From an uncultured delta proteobacterium (GTDB lineage: Bacteria > Desulfobacterota > Binatia > Bin18), in NCBI GenBank assembly GCA_963733195.1, contig CAVTCR010000062.1:192001-256000 (forward strand): a stretch of 64,000 bases of DNA. The letters run 5' to 3'. Position numbers and translations under genes: made by a program. Each line of letters starts with the position of its first letter. Within the stretch, counting starts at the first letter, position 1. Below the pieces are notes generated by a model. It ran no database searches and had not been told where the DNA came from. It saw only the letters and a list, made by a program, of their open reading frames with translations. Positions 53,011-63,504 of this stretch are shown piece by piece.

Positions 53011-54570
53011 ATGAACACTGCGAATTTTTTGAGCATTCCTGGCATGATGTTTCCGGATCAGGAACTCATCGTCTTTGAAGGAACCCGCCTGACCTATGCC
53101 TCAGTGCTGGAGCGCGTGCGGCGACTGGCAACGAGCCTGCAAAAGCTCGGGGTGAAACCAGGCGACCGCGTGGCGGCGCTACAGACCAACTCAAACCAAT
53201 TTATTGAGACCTATTATGCCACTGCAACTCTGGGCGCGACCTTCGTGCCGCTCAATTATCGCGCTAAACAGCCGGAAATTGAGTACATGGTCACCGCGGC
53301 TGATGTAAAGGTCCTCTTTGTCGGCTCACGGTATGTAGACCAAATTAAACAACTCCAGCCCAAATTCACCAGCGTGACGCATTATGTGGCGATGGAAGGA
53401 TCGTCACCCGGAATGTTGGATTTTGAGAGACTTGGTTGCAGAAAGGTTCACCGGACATCGACGATGCTGAGGTGGACGAGAGTGACGTAACGATTCTCAT
53501 GTACACCAGTGGTACAACCTCGTTGCCCAAAGGTGTGATGCTTACCTACGGCGACTTCACCAACTACGTCGTCGGCACGGTCGAGATGGCCGATGGCACC
53601 GACCGTGGGACTTCGCTCTTGTGCGCCCCGCTCTATCACATCGCTGGCACGGCCAACATCATGACCGCGATCTGGGCAGGCCGTAAGATCGTCGTCCTAA
53701 AACAGTTTGAACCTAGGGAATGGCTGGAAGCTGTCCACAAAGAGAAGATCACTCACGCCTTCGTCGTGCCAACGATGATGAAGCAACTCATCGATCACCC
53801 CGAGTTCTCGAAGTTTGATATGTCGAGCTTGCAAAATCTGTCCTATGGTGGCGCACCGATGCCGTTCCCGGTAATCCGCAAAGCCATTGAGGTCTTCCCA
53901 AAAGGAACAGGTTTCGTCAACGCATTCGGACAAACCGAAACGACTTCAACCCTGACCGTCCTTGGCCCAGCCGATCATCGCCTCGACGGCCCCCAGGCTG
54001 AAGTCGAGCGTAATCTCAAACGTCTAACTTCGGTTGGCTTACCCCTTCCTGATGTCGAAGTACAAGTGCTCGACGACGATAATAAACCCCTTCCTGCCAA
54101 TGAAATCGGTGAAGTCGTTATTCGTACCCCGCGCGTCATGAAAGGCTATGCTGGCCAGGAAAGCGCGACAGCCGCCCTGCTGGATGCTGACGGCTGGCTG
54201 CATACGCGTGACATGGGTTATCTCGATGAAGATGGCTATGTCTATCTCGTTGGTCGCAAAGACGACATCATCATCCGTGGTGGTGAGAACATTGCACCGG
54301 CAGAAATCGAAGCGGTGCTTGCACGCGCATCCGTCAGTTGATGAAGCCGCAGTGATCGGTGTCCCTGATGTTGACTGGGGACAAAAGATCGCTGCGTTTG
54401 TCGCTTTACGTCCCGGAAAAACGGCGTCGAATGATGAACTTGCGGATTTCTGCCGTCAACGACTGGCGAGTTTTAAGAAGCCTGAGATCATTCGCTTTGT
54501 TGACGCGCTACCGAAGAACCCATTGGGCAAAATCCTGAAGAAGGAACTGAAAGCTCAGTTTACCGAATAG
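53011..54570 (+). CDS. Acyl-CoA synthetase (class I adenylate-forming), two frameshifts
   Basis: YTSGTTSLPKG, FGQTE, WLHTRD, GRKDD, LPKNPLGKILK. Confidence 0.9.
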
Positions 54571-54613
54571 CAACCGTAGGGGCGCCGCCTACCGTGCCCC
54601 TATAGACATTTTG

Positions 54614-55390
54614 ATGCCCGCCCTTACCTACGAAAAACGCGGCAACGTTGCTTGGATTCAGCTCTGCCGTCCTGAAGCTGGGAATAAACTTACTCCCACG
54701 ATGGCAGAAGAGCTGACTACTTGCTGCCAAACCGTCGAAGAGGACGATGAGCTAGTACTTGCTGTGCTCACTGGCAGCGGAAGTGCTTTTTGTCTCGGCC
54801 TTGAATATCCTGCGGATAAAACAGGAACCGCAGCAGCCCAAGTCATTCAAGCACAATTTGGTGAGCTGCGGTGTGTTGAAGCGATCGCAGCGATCACCAA
54901 ACCGACACTGGCGGCACTCAACGGTGACGCGCTTGGTATCGGCTTAGAACTGGCCCTTGCCTGTGATTTGCGACTTGCTATCGAAGGTTTCCATTTTGGC
55001 TTTCCGCAAGTCACGCAAGGATTAATGCCGTTCGGCGGCGGTACGCAACGTTTGCCCCGGTTGGTCGGTCAGGCCAAAGCGCTTGAGTTAATTCTCACTG
55101 GCGAAAGCATTGACTCGACAGAAGCACAACGGATCGGGCTCATAACCTCTGTTGTTCCGGCTGCCACTTTCACAACCCGTGTTGATGAGGTAGTACAAAA
55201 TCTGCTAGAGAAAGGTCCCATTGCGCTCCGTCTGGGGAAAGAAGCTGTACACAAAGCGATGGATCTGACCCTTGATCAGGGGCTACGTTTAGAAGAGGAT
55301 CTGTACGCACTGTTGCAAACGACCCAGGACCGCGCTGAGGGAATACAGGCGTTTCTCAGCAAGAAAAAACCAACGTTCACAGGACAATAA
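54614..55390 (+). CDS. Enoyl-CoA hydratase/isomerase
   Basis: KPTLAALNG, GLELALACD, GGTQRLPRLVG, KKKPTFTG. Confidence 0.88.
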   Translation: MPALTYEKRGNVAWIQLCRPEAGNKLTPTMAEELTTCCQTVEEDDELVLAVLTGSGSAFCLGLEYPADKTGTAAAQVIQAQFGELRCVEAIAAITKPTLAALNGDALGIGLELALACDLRLAIEGFHFGFPQVTQGLMPFGGGTQRLPRLVGQAKALELILTGESIDSTEAQRIGLITSVVPAATFTTRVDEVVQNLLEKGPIALRLGKEAVHKAMDLTLDQGLRLEEDLYALLQTTQDRAEGIQAFLSKKKPTFTGQ

Positions 55391-55413
55391 TCGCTCTTAC
55401 AGGAGGAAATCGC

Positions 55414-55530
55414 ATGGCAAACCAGATCGGCAAAATGTATCTCTGCGAGAAATGCAACTCGCAGGTTATCGTCACCAAAGGCGGTAACGGTACCTTAAAG
55501 TGTTGCGGCGGTGAGATGAAGAAGAAGTAA
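55414..55530 (+). CDS. Desulforedoxin-like miniprotein B (38 aa)
   Basis: MANQIGKMYLCEKCNSQVIVTKGGNGTLKCCGGEMKKK; RBS AGGAGG; CxxC-x15-CC; below ORF-track cutoff. Confidence 0.85.
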   Translation: MANQIGKMYLCEKCNSQVIVTKGGNGTLKCCGGEMKKK

Positions 55531-55674
55531 TCCTCGACTGTTCGCATTAGCTATCAGCCTTCAGACAGTAGGGTGGGCATTGCCCACCTTTTCTGTTTCT
55601 GGCTTGCAGCACCTTTGCACCACAGCTATATTGTGGACTAATAAGGTCCAAGAAAACCAACGAGGATATCGCGC

Positions 55675-55971
55675 ATGCCTGCCCCGATCACTGCCGAAGA
55701 GATTCACTCATTAATTACCCAAGCCATCCCTGATTCGCAGGTGCAGGTGCGTGACACAACCGGCGGCGGTGACCATTACGAAGCACTTGTTGTTTCTTCC
55801 TCGTTTTCTGGCAAGAACAAGGTCAATCGTCACCGTATGGTGTATGGTGCGTTACAAGACGCGATGGTACAGCGTATTCACGCGCTTGCGTTAACCACAC
55901 TGACACCTGAAGAGTTACAACAAGAGCAATCAGCAAGTGTCGTCAACATTCAACCCCGCAAATCCCGCTAA
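55675..55971 (+). CDS. BolA-family protein
   Basis: GGGDHY, FSGK..V.RHRMVY, IHAL. Confidence 0.9.
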   Translation: MPAPITAEEIHSLITQAIPDSQVQVRDTTGGGDHYEALVVSSSFSGKNKVNRHRMVYGALQDAMVQRIHALALTTLTPEELQQEQSASVVNIQPRKSR

Positions 55972-55984
55972 GGAGGAGTCGCCA

Positions 55985-56305
55985 ATGGCAGAAGACGTTC
56001 TCAAAAAGATTGATGAGCAAGTGAAACAGAACAAGATCATGCTGTATATGAAAGGAACACCTGACTTCCCCATGTGCGGATTTTCTGCAGCAACGGTTCA
56101 GGTACTGGATTCGTATAAGGTCCAATATGCCAGCCTGAACGTGCTCGAAGATCCTGCTATTCGTGACGGAATCAAACGCTACGCGAACTGGCCGACGATT
56201 CCGCAGTTGTACATTAATGGTGAGTTTGTTGGTGGCTGCGACATCATCCGCGAAATGCACGCGAAGGGCGAGCTCGAGCCGTTGATTCGTGCGGCGCAGA
56301 GTTAA
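55985..56305 (+). CDS. grxD: Monothiol glutaredoxin (Grx4)
   Basis: MKGTP..PMCGFS, WPTIPQLY, GGCDI. Confidence 0.93.
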   Translation: MAEDVLKKIDEQVKQNKIMLYMKGTPDFPMCGFSAATVQVLDSYKVQYASLNVLEDPAIRDGIKRYANWPTIPQLYINGEFVGGCDIIREMHAKGELEPLIRAAQS

Positions 56306-56461
56306 GAGCCATAACACCGTAGCGTGCGCTCTGTGCACGAAGAACTTTCTTTTTTCGTCATGCCTGTGTAGATGGGCATCCAACCTTTCTAGGGGCAGGT
56401 CAGAGTACCTGCCCACCCTTTCCCCTTCCCTCCCACCCGCAAATTGACTACAGTTTGGACT

Positions 56462-57054
56462 ATGAGCACCCAAACCGCTTTTGTCTCGACCGAGACCTTC
56501 ACGCAGAAAGAATTCAAACGCTGGCTTGATGAGCGGCCAAAGTCAGACATCAACCACTACGAGTTACTGCGAGAGAGAATTGTCATGAGTCCACCGGCTG
56601 GCTGGCCACATGGGTCTGTAGAAACCAATATCTCATACACCACTCGGAACTTCACCCGTATCCACGTGGTCTCGGCATCGTGCTTGGCTCCAGTGCAGGA
56701 TACGACTTGCCTTCTGGTGACACTGTCGAACCGGACATTTCCTTCATTTCCGCCGCACGGCTTGCTGCCGGACCAGAACCACAACTAGGGAAATTCCTTC
56801 GCATCGTTCCCAATCTGGTTGTCGAGATTCTCTCGCCCGCAACTGCGCAGAAAGATCGGACGGAAAAAAAAGCAATTTACGAAGAAAACGGCGTGGAAGA
56901 GTATTGGATTGTCGATACCAAGCGCCGAGAGATTACGATGTACAACCTCTCGGGTAAGCGCTTCGGTCGTGGAAAAGTGTACACCGCACGCGATACGGTG
57001 CGCTCGCGAGTATTAGCTGGATTCACGCTTTTAGTGAAGGAAGTGTTCGCATAA
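56462..57054 (+). CDS. Uma2-family endonuclease, frameshift near 56635
   Basis: YELL...MSPP...H; EPDISF; PNLVVEILSP; GVEEYWIVD. Confidence 0.85.
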
Positions 57055-57092
57055 TTTGTGAAACATGGCTCGCCACCAATGGCCGCAGCAGT

Positions 57093-58115
57093 CTACCGTG
57101 ACACCGCTACACCCCACGGCAGAGTGCCAGCAGGGATGGTAGTCAGAACCGTGTCCGTTTCTGTGCTAATTACCGCAACGGTATTGGCCCGACCAACAGT
57201 AACGTAGAGTTTCTTTGCATCAGGTGTTAGCGCTACCCACCAGGCACGTTCACCTTCGAGCGGAATCGTCTTGGTGACGGTATTGGTCGCCGTATCAAAC
57301 ACCCGCACTTCTTTTGAGCGTCCATGCGCAACGTAGGCTTTTTTCCCATCCGGCATCACGGCAATCCCCACCGGACGTTCACCCATCTGAATTTTGGCAA
57401 CTTCAGTGTTGGTTTCGGTATCAACAACATGCACTGCCGAGGAACGTTCGCTGCTCACATACAATCGCTTGCCATCGGGTGAGACGGCCACGCCACGTGG
57501 GTTCTCACCGACTTTGATTGACGTGACAACGGTATTGGTTGCCGTATCGATAACATTCACATCATGTGAAGTTTCATTTGGAACATACGCCCGTTTCCCA
57601 TCGGGTGAAAGAATCACTGTCTCTGGCTCAATACCAGTAGTGATTCTTTTGAGAATCTTTTTGTTCTTGATATTGATCACCAGCAATTCACCACCGTTCT
57701 CATTCACCACATAAAGCCGCTTTCCATCTGCGGTGATATCGATGCCTTCAGGATCAATGCCGGCTTTAATCTTGGTCACCACTTTGTTGGTCGTGGCATC
57801 GATCACCGAGACATCATTGGAATTTCCATTCGAGACGTAGACACGTTTATTATCTGGAGAAACGACAATTCCACGTGGACGTTTTCCAACCTTCACCGAT
57901 GTCACCACTTGATCGGTGGCTGCGTCGATCACCGTTACATCGTCAGATTTTTCGTTGGTAACATAGACGAAGGGAGCAGCGAGGACAGATGAAGAAAAGG
58001 CAAAAGGCAGGAAAAAAGTAGCTAATAGCCAGTAGCCAGTAGCCAGCATGAAAACGGAGTAGTCAGTAGTCAGTAGCCAGTAGCCAGCATGTTCTCGATT
58101 ACTCCCTTGCGCCAT
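57093..58115 (-). CDS. YVTN beta-propeller protein (PQQ-catabolism associated)
   Basis: Repeated YVTN/SPDGKR units; start uncertain (58049 or 58115). Confidence 0.88.
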   Translation of the reverse strand: MAQGSNREHAGYWLLTTDYSVFMLATGYWLLATFFLPFAFSSSVLAAPFVYVTNEKSDDVTVIDAATDQVVTSVKVGKRPRGIVVSPDNKRVYVSNGNSNDVSVIDATTNKVVTKIKAGIDPEGIDITADGKRLYVVNENGGELLVINIKNKKILKRITTGIEPETVILSPDGKRAYVPNETSHDVNVIDTATNTVVTSIKVGENPRGVAVSPDGKRLYVSSERSSAVHVVDTETNTEVAKIQMGERPVGIAVMPDGKKAYVAHGRSKEVRVFDTATNTVTKTIPLEGERAWWVALTPDAKKLYVTVGRANTVAVISTETDTVLTTIPAGTLPWGVAVSR

Positions 58116-58171
58116 TTGTCTTTTTCTCCTGTCTCTACTGACTACTGAATGCTGACTACTGACTACTTGAT

Positions 58172-58576
58172 TTAGTGCGCCGGAGCGGGCGCCGCACCTC
58201 CGTCTTTGCATTTTGATGCAGAACGCATGTAGGTAATGATCTTCCACAGCATGTCATCCGGCAGGCGGCCTTTAAAGCCGATCATTTCGGTTTTCGGCAC
58301 TCCAACAGACAATGTCTTGAAAACCGCAGCGTCGTCGCTGCCATGTTTCCATTCGCAATCAAACAAGCTGGGACAGCGGCTGCCCGGTCGTGAGGTGGTT
58401 TCGGTGGCATGACAGTAACCGGCACACACGCCTTCAAACATCCCTTTGCCTTCGGCGATTGCCTTCGCATCGCCCGCAAACGGATTCTTGGTCGGAGGAG
58501 TTTGGGCATCAATGGGGGTACTAAGCGTGAGTAAGGCGAACAGGGCGGCACCAACAAGAAGCAACGTTCTCTGCAT
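58172..58576 (-). CDS. Periplasmic c-type cytochrome with atypical CxxxCH motif
   Basis: Signal peptide, AIAEGK.MF..CAGYCH, distal Met (TEMIGF), W.IITYM. Confidence 0.8.
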   Translation of the reverse strand: MQRTLLLVGAALFALLTLSTPIDAQTPPTKNPFAGDAKAIAEGKGMFEGVCAGYCHATETTSRPGSRCPSLFDCEWKHGSDDAAVFKTLSVGVPKTEMIGFKGRLPDDMLWKIITYMRSASKCKDGGAAPAPAH

Positions 58577-58614
58577 TAGCTGAATATCTCCTGTTTGTTG
58601 TAAACACAGGTGGC

Positions 58615-59475
58615 TTATTTTAGTTTCTGCATCTCAGCGAGGCTGTATGTCGCCGCAAACGGTTTCCGAAACGGAATGCCATACCGCTCCATGAGCGTTT
58701 TCAACGTTCCGTCGGCAGTAAGCTTCGCCAGTGCGGCATCAATCTGGGTACGGAGTTCAGTGTCAGTTTTTCGTGTTGCGACGTGCTCGTTCCAGCAGAT
58801 CGCCGCTGGAGGTTCGTAGCCTGCCGCGAACGTCAATTTCGCTTCCGGGTGATTCCGTAGATGCCAACCAGCTAACGGCCCCCACAGTAAGGCAAGGGAA
58901 GCTTCACCTTTAGTGACTCCTTCTAAAGCAGAGGGCACGGAGAAAAACGTTCGCATCTTCGCCTTGCGCGCATTCAAGGCAAAATTCGCGATCGTTTGCG
59001 CTTGAATGGCAACAAGCGTGTCACCCAACGTATTCAGGTTGTTCTGCGACATTCCCTCGCGCCCGATCAGCTCAAACGCTGCACCATAGTATGGTGCACC
59101 GAGCGCTGCTTTCGGAGCATCTTTGATCGAATCCTCTCCTGGCATGCTAAAGATTGCATCACATTCATTTCTTCCCAGCTTGCGAGTGGGAAAGTCACTT
59201 TCTTCAATTTCCTGAATCTGCGTATAGTTCTTCGTCCACACCGGAACAAACGAGCGATTGAGTACTCCCGCAACTGCCTTCGCAGTATCGAAGTCGAAGC
59301 CGTTGCTTTCTTTCACAGAGGACAGAGGCAGATTGTCTTCGAGGAGACAGACACGAAGTTCGGGTAATGATTCAGCCAGAGCAACGTAAGGTAGACAGAG
59401 ATAGAAATAGAAGAGAAAAGTGCGCAAGGGCGTAGCAATTTTCCAGTGGAAGTGGTGAGTAGAAATGCCGTTCAT
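58615..59475 (-). CDS. MxaJ/XoxJ-like periplasmic substrate-binding protein
   Basis: LRVC..DNLPLS...GFDFD, PYY, ALLWGPLAGW; position in PQQ cluster; start uncertain. Confidence 0.8.
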   Translation of the reverse strand: MNGISTHHFHWKIATPLRTFLFYFYLCLPYVALAESLPELRVCLLEDNLPLSSVKESNGFDFDTAKAVAGVLNRSFVPVWTKNYTQIQEIEESDFPTRKLGRNECDAIFSMPGEDSIKDAPKAALGAPYYGAAFELIGREGMSQNNLNTLGDTLVAIQAQTIANFALNARKAKMRTFFSVPSALEGVTKGEASLALLWGPLAGWHLRNHPEAKLTFAAGYEPPAAICWNEHVATRKTDTELRTQIDAALAKLTADGTLKTLMERYGIPFRKPFAATYSLAEMQKLK

Positions 59476-59638
59476 GCTCTGCGAAACTCCGCCCTGCTTG
59501 TCGACGCTCGGCGGCGAACGGGAGTCACCAGCAGGCAGTTGACATACCGTTCGCCCGGAGCGTAGTGAGACGAAGTCGAAGGGTGAATGAGGGACAATAG
59601 CCATCAATTTCTTTCAGTCCAATTCGCATCGTGATGTA

Positions 59639-61351
59639 TTATCGCGGCAAGGCGTAGACGATGACCGCGCTGCCTTTGGTTCCCAGTGGATTCTCGCCGA
59701 CGATAGTCACGGCCAAGCCACCACCACCACTCGGCACGGCCACATACTGCCGTCCACCGACTTTATACGAGGTAGGCTGTCCGCGCACTGGTGAGCCGGT
59801 TTGCGACTTCCACAGGAGTTGTCCAGTCGTATCATTGAAAGCCATCGCATACCCTGTCTGATTACCAGTAAATACCAGCCCACCAGCGGTCGTTAAGGTT
59901 CCACCAACCAAGGGGTAATCATCCTTATAGCGCCACTTGATCGCCCCAGTAGCAGGATCAATCGCCGAGAGATGGCCATACGAAGACTGATCATCCGCTT
60001 GCGTCGCTCCCGGTCCGCCCCCCCAGAACGGGATGCCTTGAATGAAAGTGGACACAGCCTTTTCCATCTTGCCGCAACTTTCAACCACTGGCACGTACAT
60101 GAGCTTTGTTTGTGGACTGTACGCAGCAGTCCATGCTCCATTCTGCCCACCAACGTTTCCTGGGCAGATATATTCCTTATTGCCGCCTTGTACCGGAAGA
60201 TACTTCGGATCGACAATCGGGCGGCCCTTTTCATCAAGTCCTTTGGCCCAGTTGAGTTGCTCAACGTATTGTGACCCGTGGAGATATTTTCCGGAGTTCC
60301 GGTCGAGAACATAGACAAAACCGTTACGATTGGGCTGTGCAAGGGCCGGTACCATTGCCCCACTCCGGTTCACATCAACAAGAAACATACCCGTGTTTCC
60401 GTCGTAATCCCACTCGTCGTGTGGGGTAAACTGAAAGTACCACTTTACCTCACCGTTATCAGGATTCATCGCTAAGACAGAGTTGGTGTAGAGGTTATCG
60501 CCAGCACGAGTATCACCGTTCCAGTCTGGAGATGGATTGCCGGTCGCCCAATAGAGGATGTCGGTTTTGGGGTCATAGGAGCCGGTTACCCAAGCAGGGC
60601 CGCCACCGGTCTTCCATGAATCTCCCGCCCAGGTTTCTACACCCTTTTCACCTTCGCCAGGAATGGTGTAGCGACGCCAAGTGCGTTTGCCGGTTTCTGC
60701 GTCATACGCATCAATCCAACTGCGCACACCGTACTCACCACCAGCGATACCGATGATGACATTGTTCTTGACCACAAGCGGAGCCGCAGTTGAGCTGTAG
60801 CCGACTTTGTAGTCGTCCATTTCTGTGTTCCAGATCACTTTGCCGGTCTTACGATCCAGTGCGACCATACGAGCATCAAGCGTCGCAACAAACACTTTGT
60901 CACCAGACAGTGCTACGCCGCGATTCGTAGGCCCACAGCAAATGCGCAGATCCTCTGGCATTTGGTGAACATATTTCCAGATCGGCTCACCGGTGGCAGC
61001 GTCTAGCGCATACACGTGATTATAGGCAGCGACGATGTACATAATGCCATCGGCGACGATAGGCGCAGTTTCTAGCTGCCCTGGAATACCGGTCTGGAAA
61101 ATCCAGGCAACTTGCAGGTTTTTGACGTTCTTGGTGTTGACGTCTTTGAGTGGGCTGAAGCGCCAGTTCTGGTAATTCCCACCGTACATCAGCCAGGATG
61201 ACGGATCGTCAGTTCCGTTGAGTAAACGTGCAGCCGTAACAGGCTTCAAGTTCCAATCTTTTTTCCCATTCTGGGCCTGCACTGCCAACGGACAGAGCAC
61301 CATGAGTGAAACGAGACTTCCGGCTAATTGCCGCAGCCAGGACTGTTGCAT
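59639..61351 (-). CDS. PQQ-dependent alcohol dehydrogenase, lanthanide-type motif
   Basis: Vicinal CC (ICCGPTNRG), GGEYG, GNPSP, TPHDEWDYDG. Confidence 0.92.
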   Translation of the reverse strand: MQQSWLRQLAGSLVSLMVLCPLAVQAQNGKKDWNLKPVTAARLLNGTDDPSSWLMYGGNYQNWRFSPLKDVNTKNVKNLQVAWIFQTGIPGQLETAPIVADGIMYIVAAYNHVYALDAATGEPIWKYVHQMPEDLRICCGPTNRGVALSGDKVFVATLDARMVALDRKTGKVIWNTEMDDYKVGYSSTAAPLVVKNNVIIGIAGGEYGVRSWIDAYDAETGKRTWRRYTIPGEGEKGVETWAGDSWKTGGGPAWVTGSYDPKTDILYWATGNPSPDWNGDTRAGDNLYTNSVLAMNPDNGEVKWYFQFTPHDEWDYDGNTGMFLVDVNRSGAMVPALAQPNRNGFVYVLDRNSGKYLHGSQYVEQLNWAKGLDEKGRPIVDPKYLPVQGGNKEYICPGNVGGQNGAWTAAYSPQTKLMYVPVVESCGKMEKAVSTFIQGIPFWGGGPGATQADDQSSYGHLSAIDPATGAIKWRYKDDYPLVGGTLTTAGGLVFTGNQTGYAMAFNDTTGQLLWKSQTGSPVRGQPTSYKVGGRQYVAVPSGGGGLAVTIVGENPLGTKGSAVIVYALPR

Positions 61352-61536
61352 GGACGCGATCCTCCTTTGTTCGGTTAAATCCTGACCGAACGCGGTCGAA
61401 AAGTACTGCCTTTTATGGAATGGGTCAAGGGAAGCGAAAGGATGAAAGGGTGAAGCGGCGAAAGGGTGAAACGGTGAAAATTTTCGTTTTCGTCTTCCTT
61501 TTCCCCATTTCCCCTTTTACCCGTTTCCCCTGTGTT

Positions 61537-63245
61537 CTACTGCGGCAGAGCAAACACAATCAGCGCACTGCCCTTGCTTGCTAATGGCGGCTCGCCGGCA
61601 ATGGTGGCAACAATGCCGCCACCACCCGAGGGCATGGCGATGTATTGGCGACCACCAATCTTATACGTCGCTGGCTGACCACGCACCGAGGCTCCAGTCT
61701 GGAACTGCCACAGGACTTTGCCGGTTGCATCGTCAAACGCTTTGACGTGCCCTTCTTGATTGCCAGTAAATACCAGTCCGCCCCCAGTCGCCAGGGTTCC
61801 ACCCAACAACGGATATTTTTCCTTATGTCGCCATTTCACTGCGCCAGTTGTCGCATCAATCGCGGAGAAGTGTCCATAAGAGGTACCGTCATCACCTTGG
61901 CTGCCATTCCAGCCACCACCCCAAAACGGAATCCCTTGAATGAACATTGCCGACGCTTTTTTCATCTGCATACAGCTTTCGATTACTGGCACATACATGA
62001 ACTTCGTCATCGGACTATATGCAGCAGTGTAGGAACTATTCTTACCACCCGGTGCTCCGGGGCAGATCCATTCTTTTCCTTCTTCCTGTGGGACGAACTT
62101 TGGGTCGACGATAGGTCGACCATTCTCGTCGAGCCCCTTGGCCCAATTAAGCTGGTCCACATATTGTGAACCGTGAAGGAATTTTCCTGACGTACGATCC
62201 AGAACATAGAGAAAGCCATTCCGGTTGGGCTGAGCCAGCGCTTTCACGTTGCGACCGTTACGCATCACGTTGACAAGAAACAGATCAGTGTTCCCGTCGT
62301 AATCCCACACATCATGTGGAGTGAACTGGAAGTGCCATTTCACTGCACCAGTATCGGGATTCATCGCTAAGACGGAGTCGGTATACAAATTGTCACCCTT
62401 ACGAGCGTCGCCGTTCCAGTCTGGGGCTGTATTTCCCGCCGCCCAGAATAGCACATCTTGTTCGGGGTCATACGAGCCCGGTAATCCAGGTGGGGCCGCC
62501 ACCATACTTCCAGGAATCGCCTTCCCACGTTTCGACGCCTTTTCTCTCCCTCTCCTGGAGTTGTATACGTACGCCACTTGCGCTCTCCTGTTTTAACGTC
62601 ATAGGCATCAATGTACCCACGGATTCCGTACTCGCCGCCAGCAATGCCCACAACCACTTTGTCTTTCACCACCAACGGAGCAACGGTCGAGCTAAAGCCG
62701 TTGGCATATTTATCGATCTCGACATTCCATACCACTTTGCCGGTTCGGCGATCGAGCGCGACCAATCGCGCATCGAGTGTTGCCATGAAGACCTTGTCGT
62801 CAGCAATGGCAAACCCGCGGTTGGTTGGCCCGCAACACACGCGCATGTCATCTGGCAGCGGATGATCGTATTTCCAAATTGGTTCGCCAGTGACCGCATC
62901 GAGCGCGAAAGCGTGATTGTACGAAGCAGTGAGGTAGAGAATGCCATCAGCAACAACTGGTGACGCTTCGAGTTGTCCGGGAATACCAGTTTGAAACACC
63001 CAAGCGACGGAAAGCTTCTTCACATTCTTTTTGTTAATGTCTTTGAGTGCACTATATCGCCAACTGTGATAGTCCCCGCCGTACATTAGCCATGCTGATG
63101 GGTCTTCTGTTCCTTTCAGCAAGCGTTCTTGGGTGACCGGTTTGAGATCGTAGGTCTTCTCTTCTCCAGCCTGTGTTCCCCCAGGTAGCAATAAGAGCAG
63201 ACCGACAAGGCTTTTTACGAGTTTCTCTCGCCAATGACCAACCAT
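61537..63245 (-). CDS. Second PQQ-dependent alcohol dehydrogenase, frameshifts near 62540 and 62475
   Basis: VCCGPTNRG, GGEYG, TPHDVWDYDG; ORFs 62367-63272, 62468-62653, 61537-62577 join. Confidence 0.9.
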
Positions 63246-63504
63246 AGCGCTTCCCTCCTTAACATGGGCCATGTTCCTCTGTAGGTGGCGGCAAATTACT
63301 GAGTTTTGCTGGGCCGATCAAGAGAAGGCAGCAGACTCTAGACCTGGCACACCAAATGGGGCAATAAGGAGGAAAGAGTCTAGGAGTCTAAGAGTTGGGG
63401 AGTCGAGAAAAAAGAGACGGAGAAAGGACAAGCGCTTATTTTTTTATCCTTTTCGCCGTTTCCCCTTTTCGCCATTTCGCCCAGTAAACAAGGAGGGTTA
63501 CGTC

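Noticed and set aside
53430-54330. Programmed frameshifting in the acyl-CoA ligase
   Set aside because: No slippery heptamer seen, and similar breaks affect many unrelated genes.
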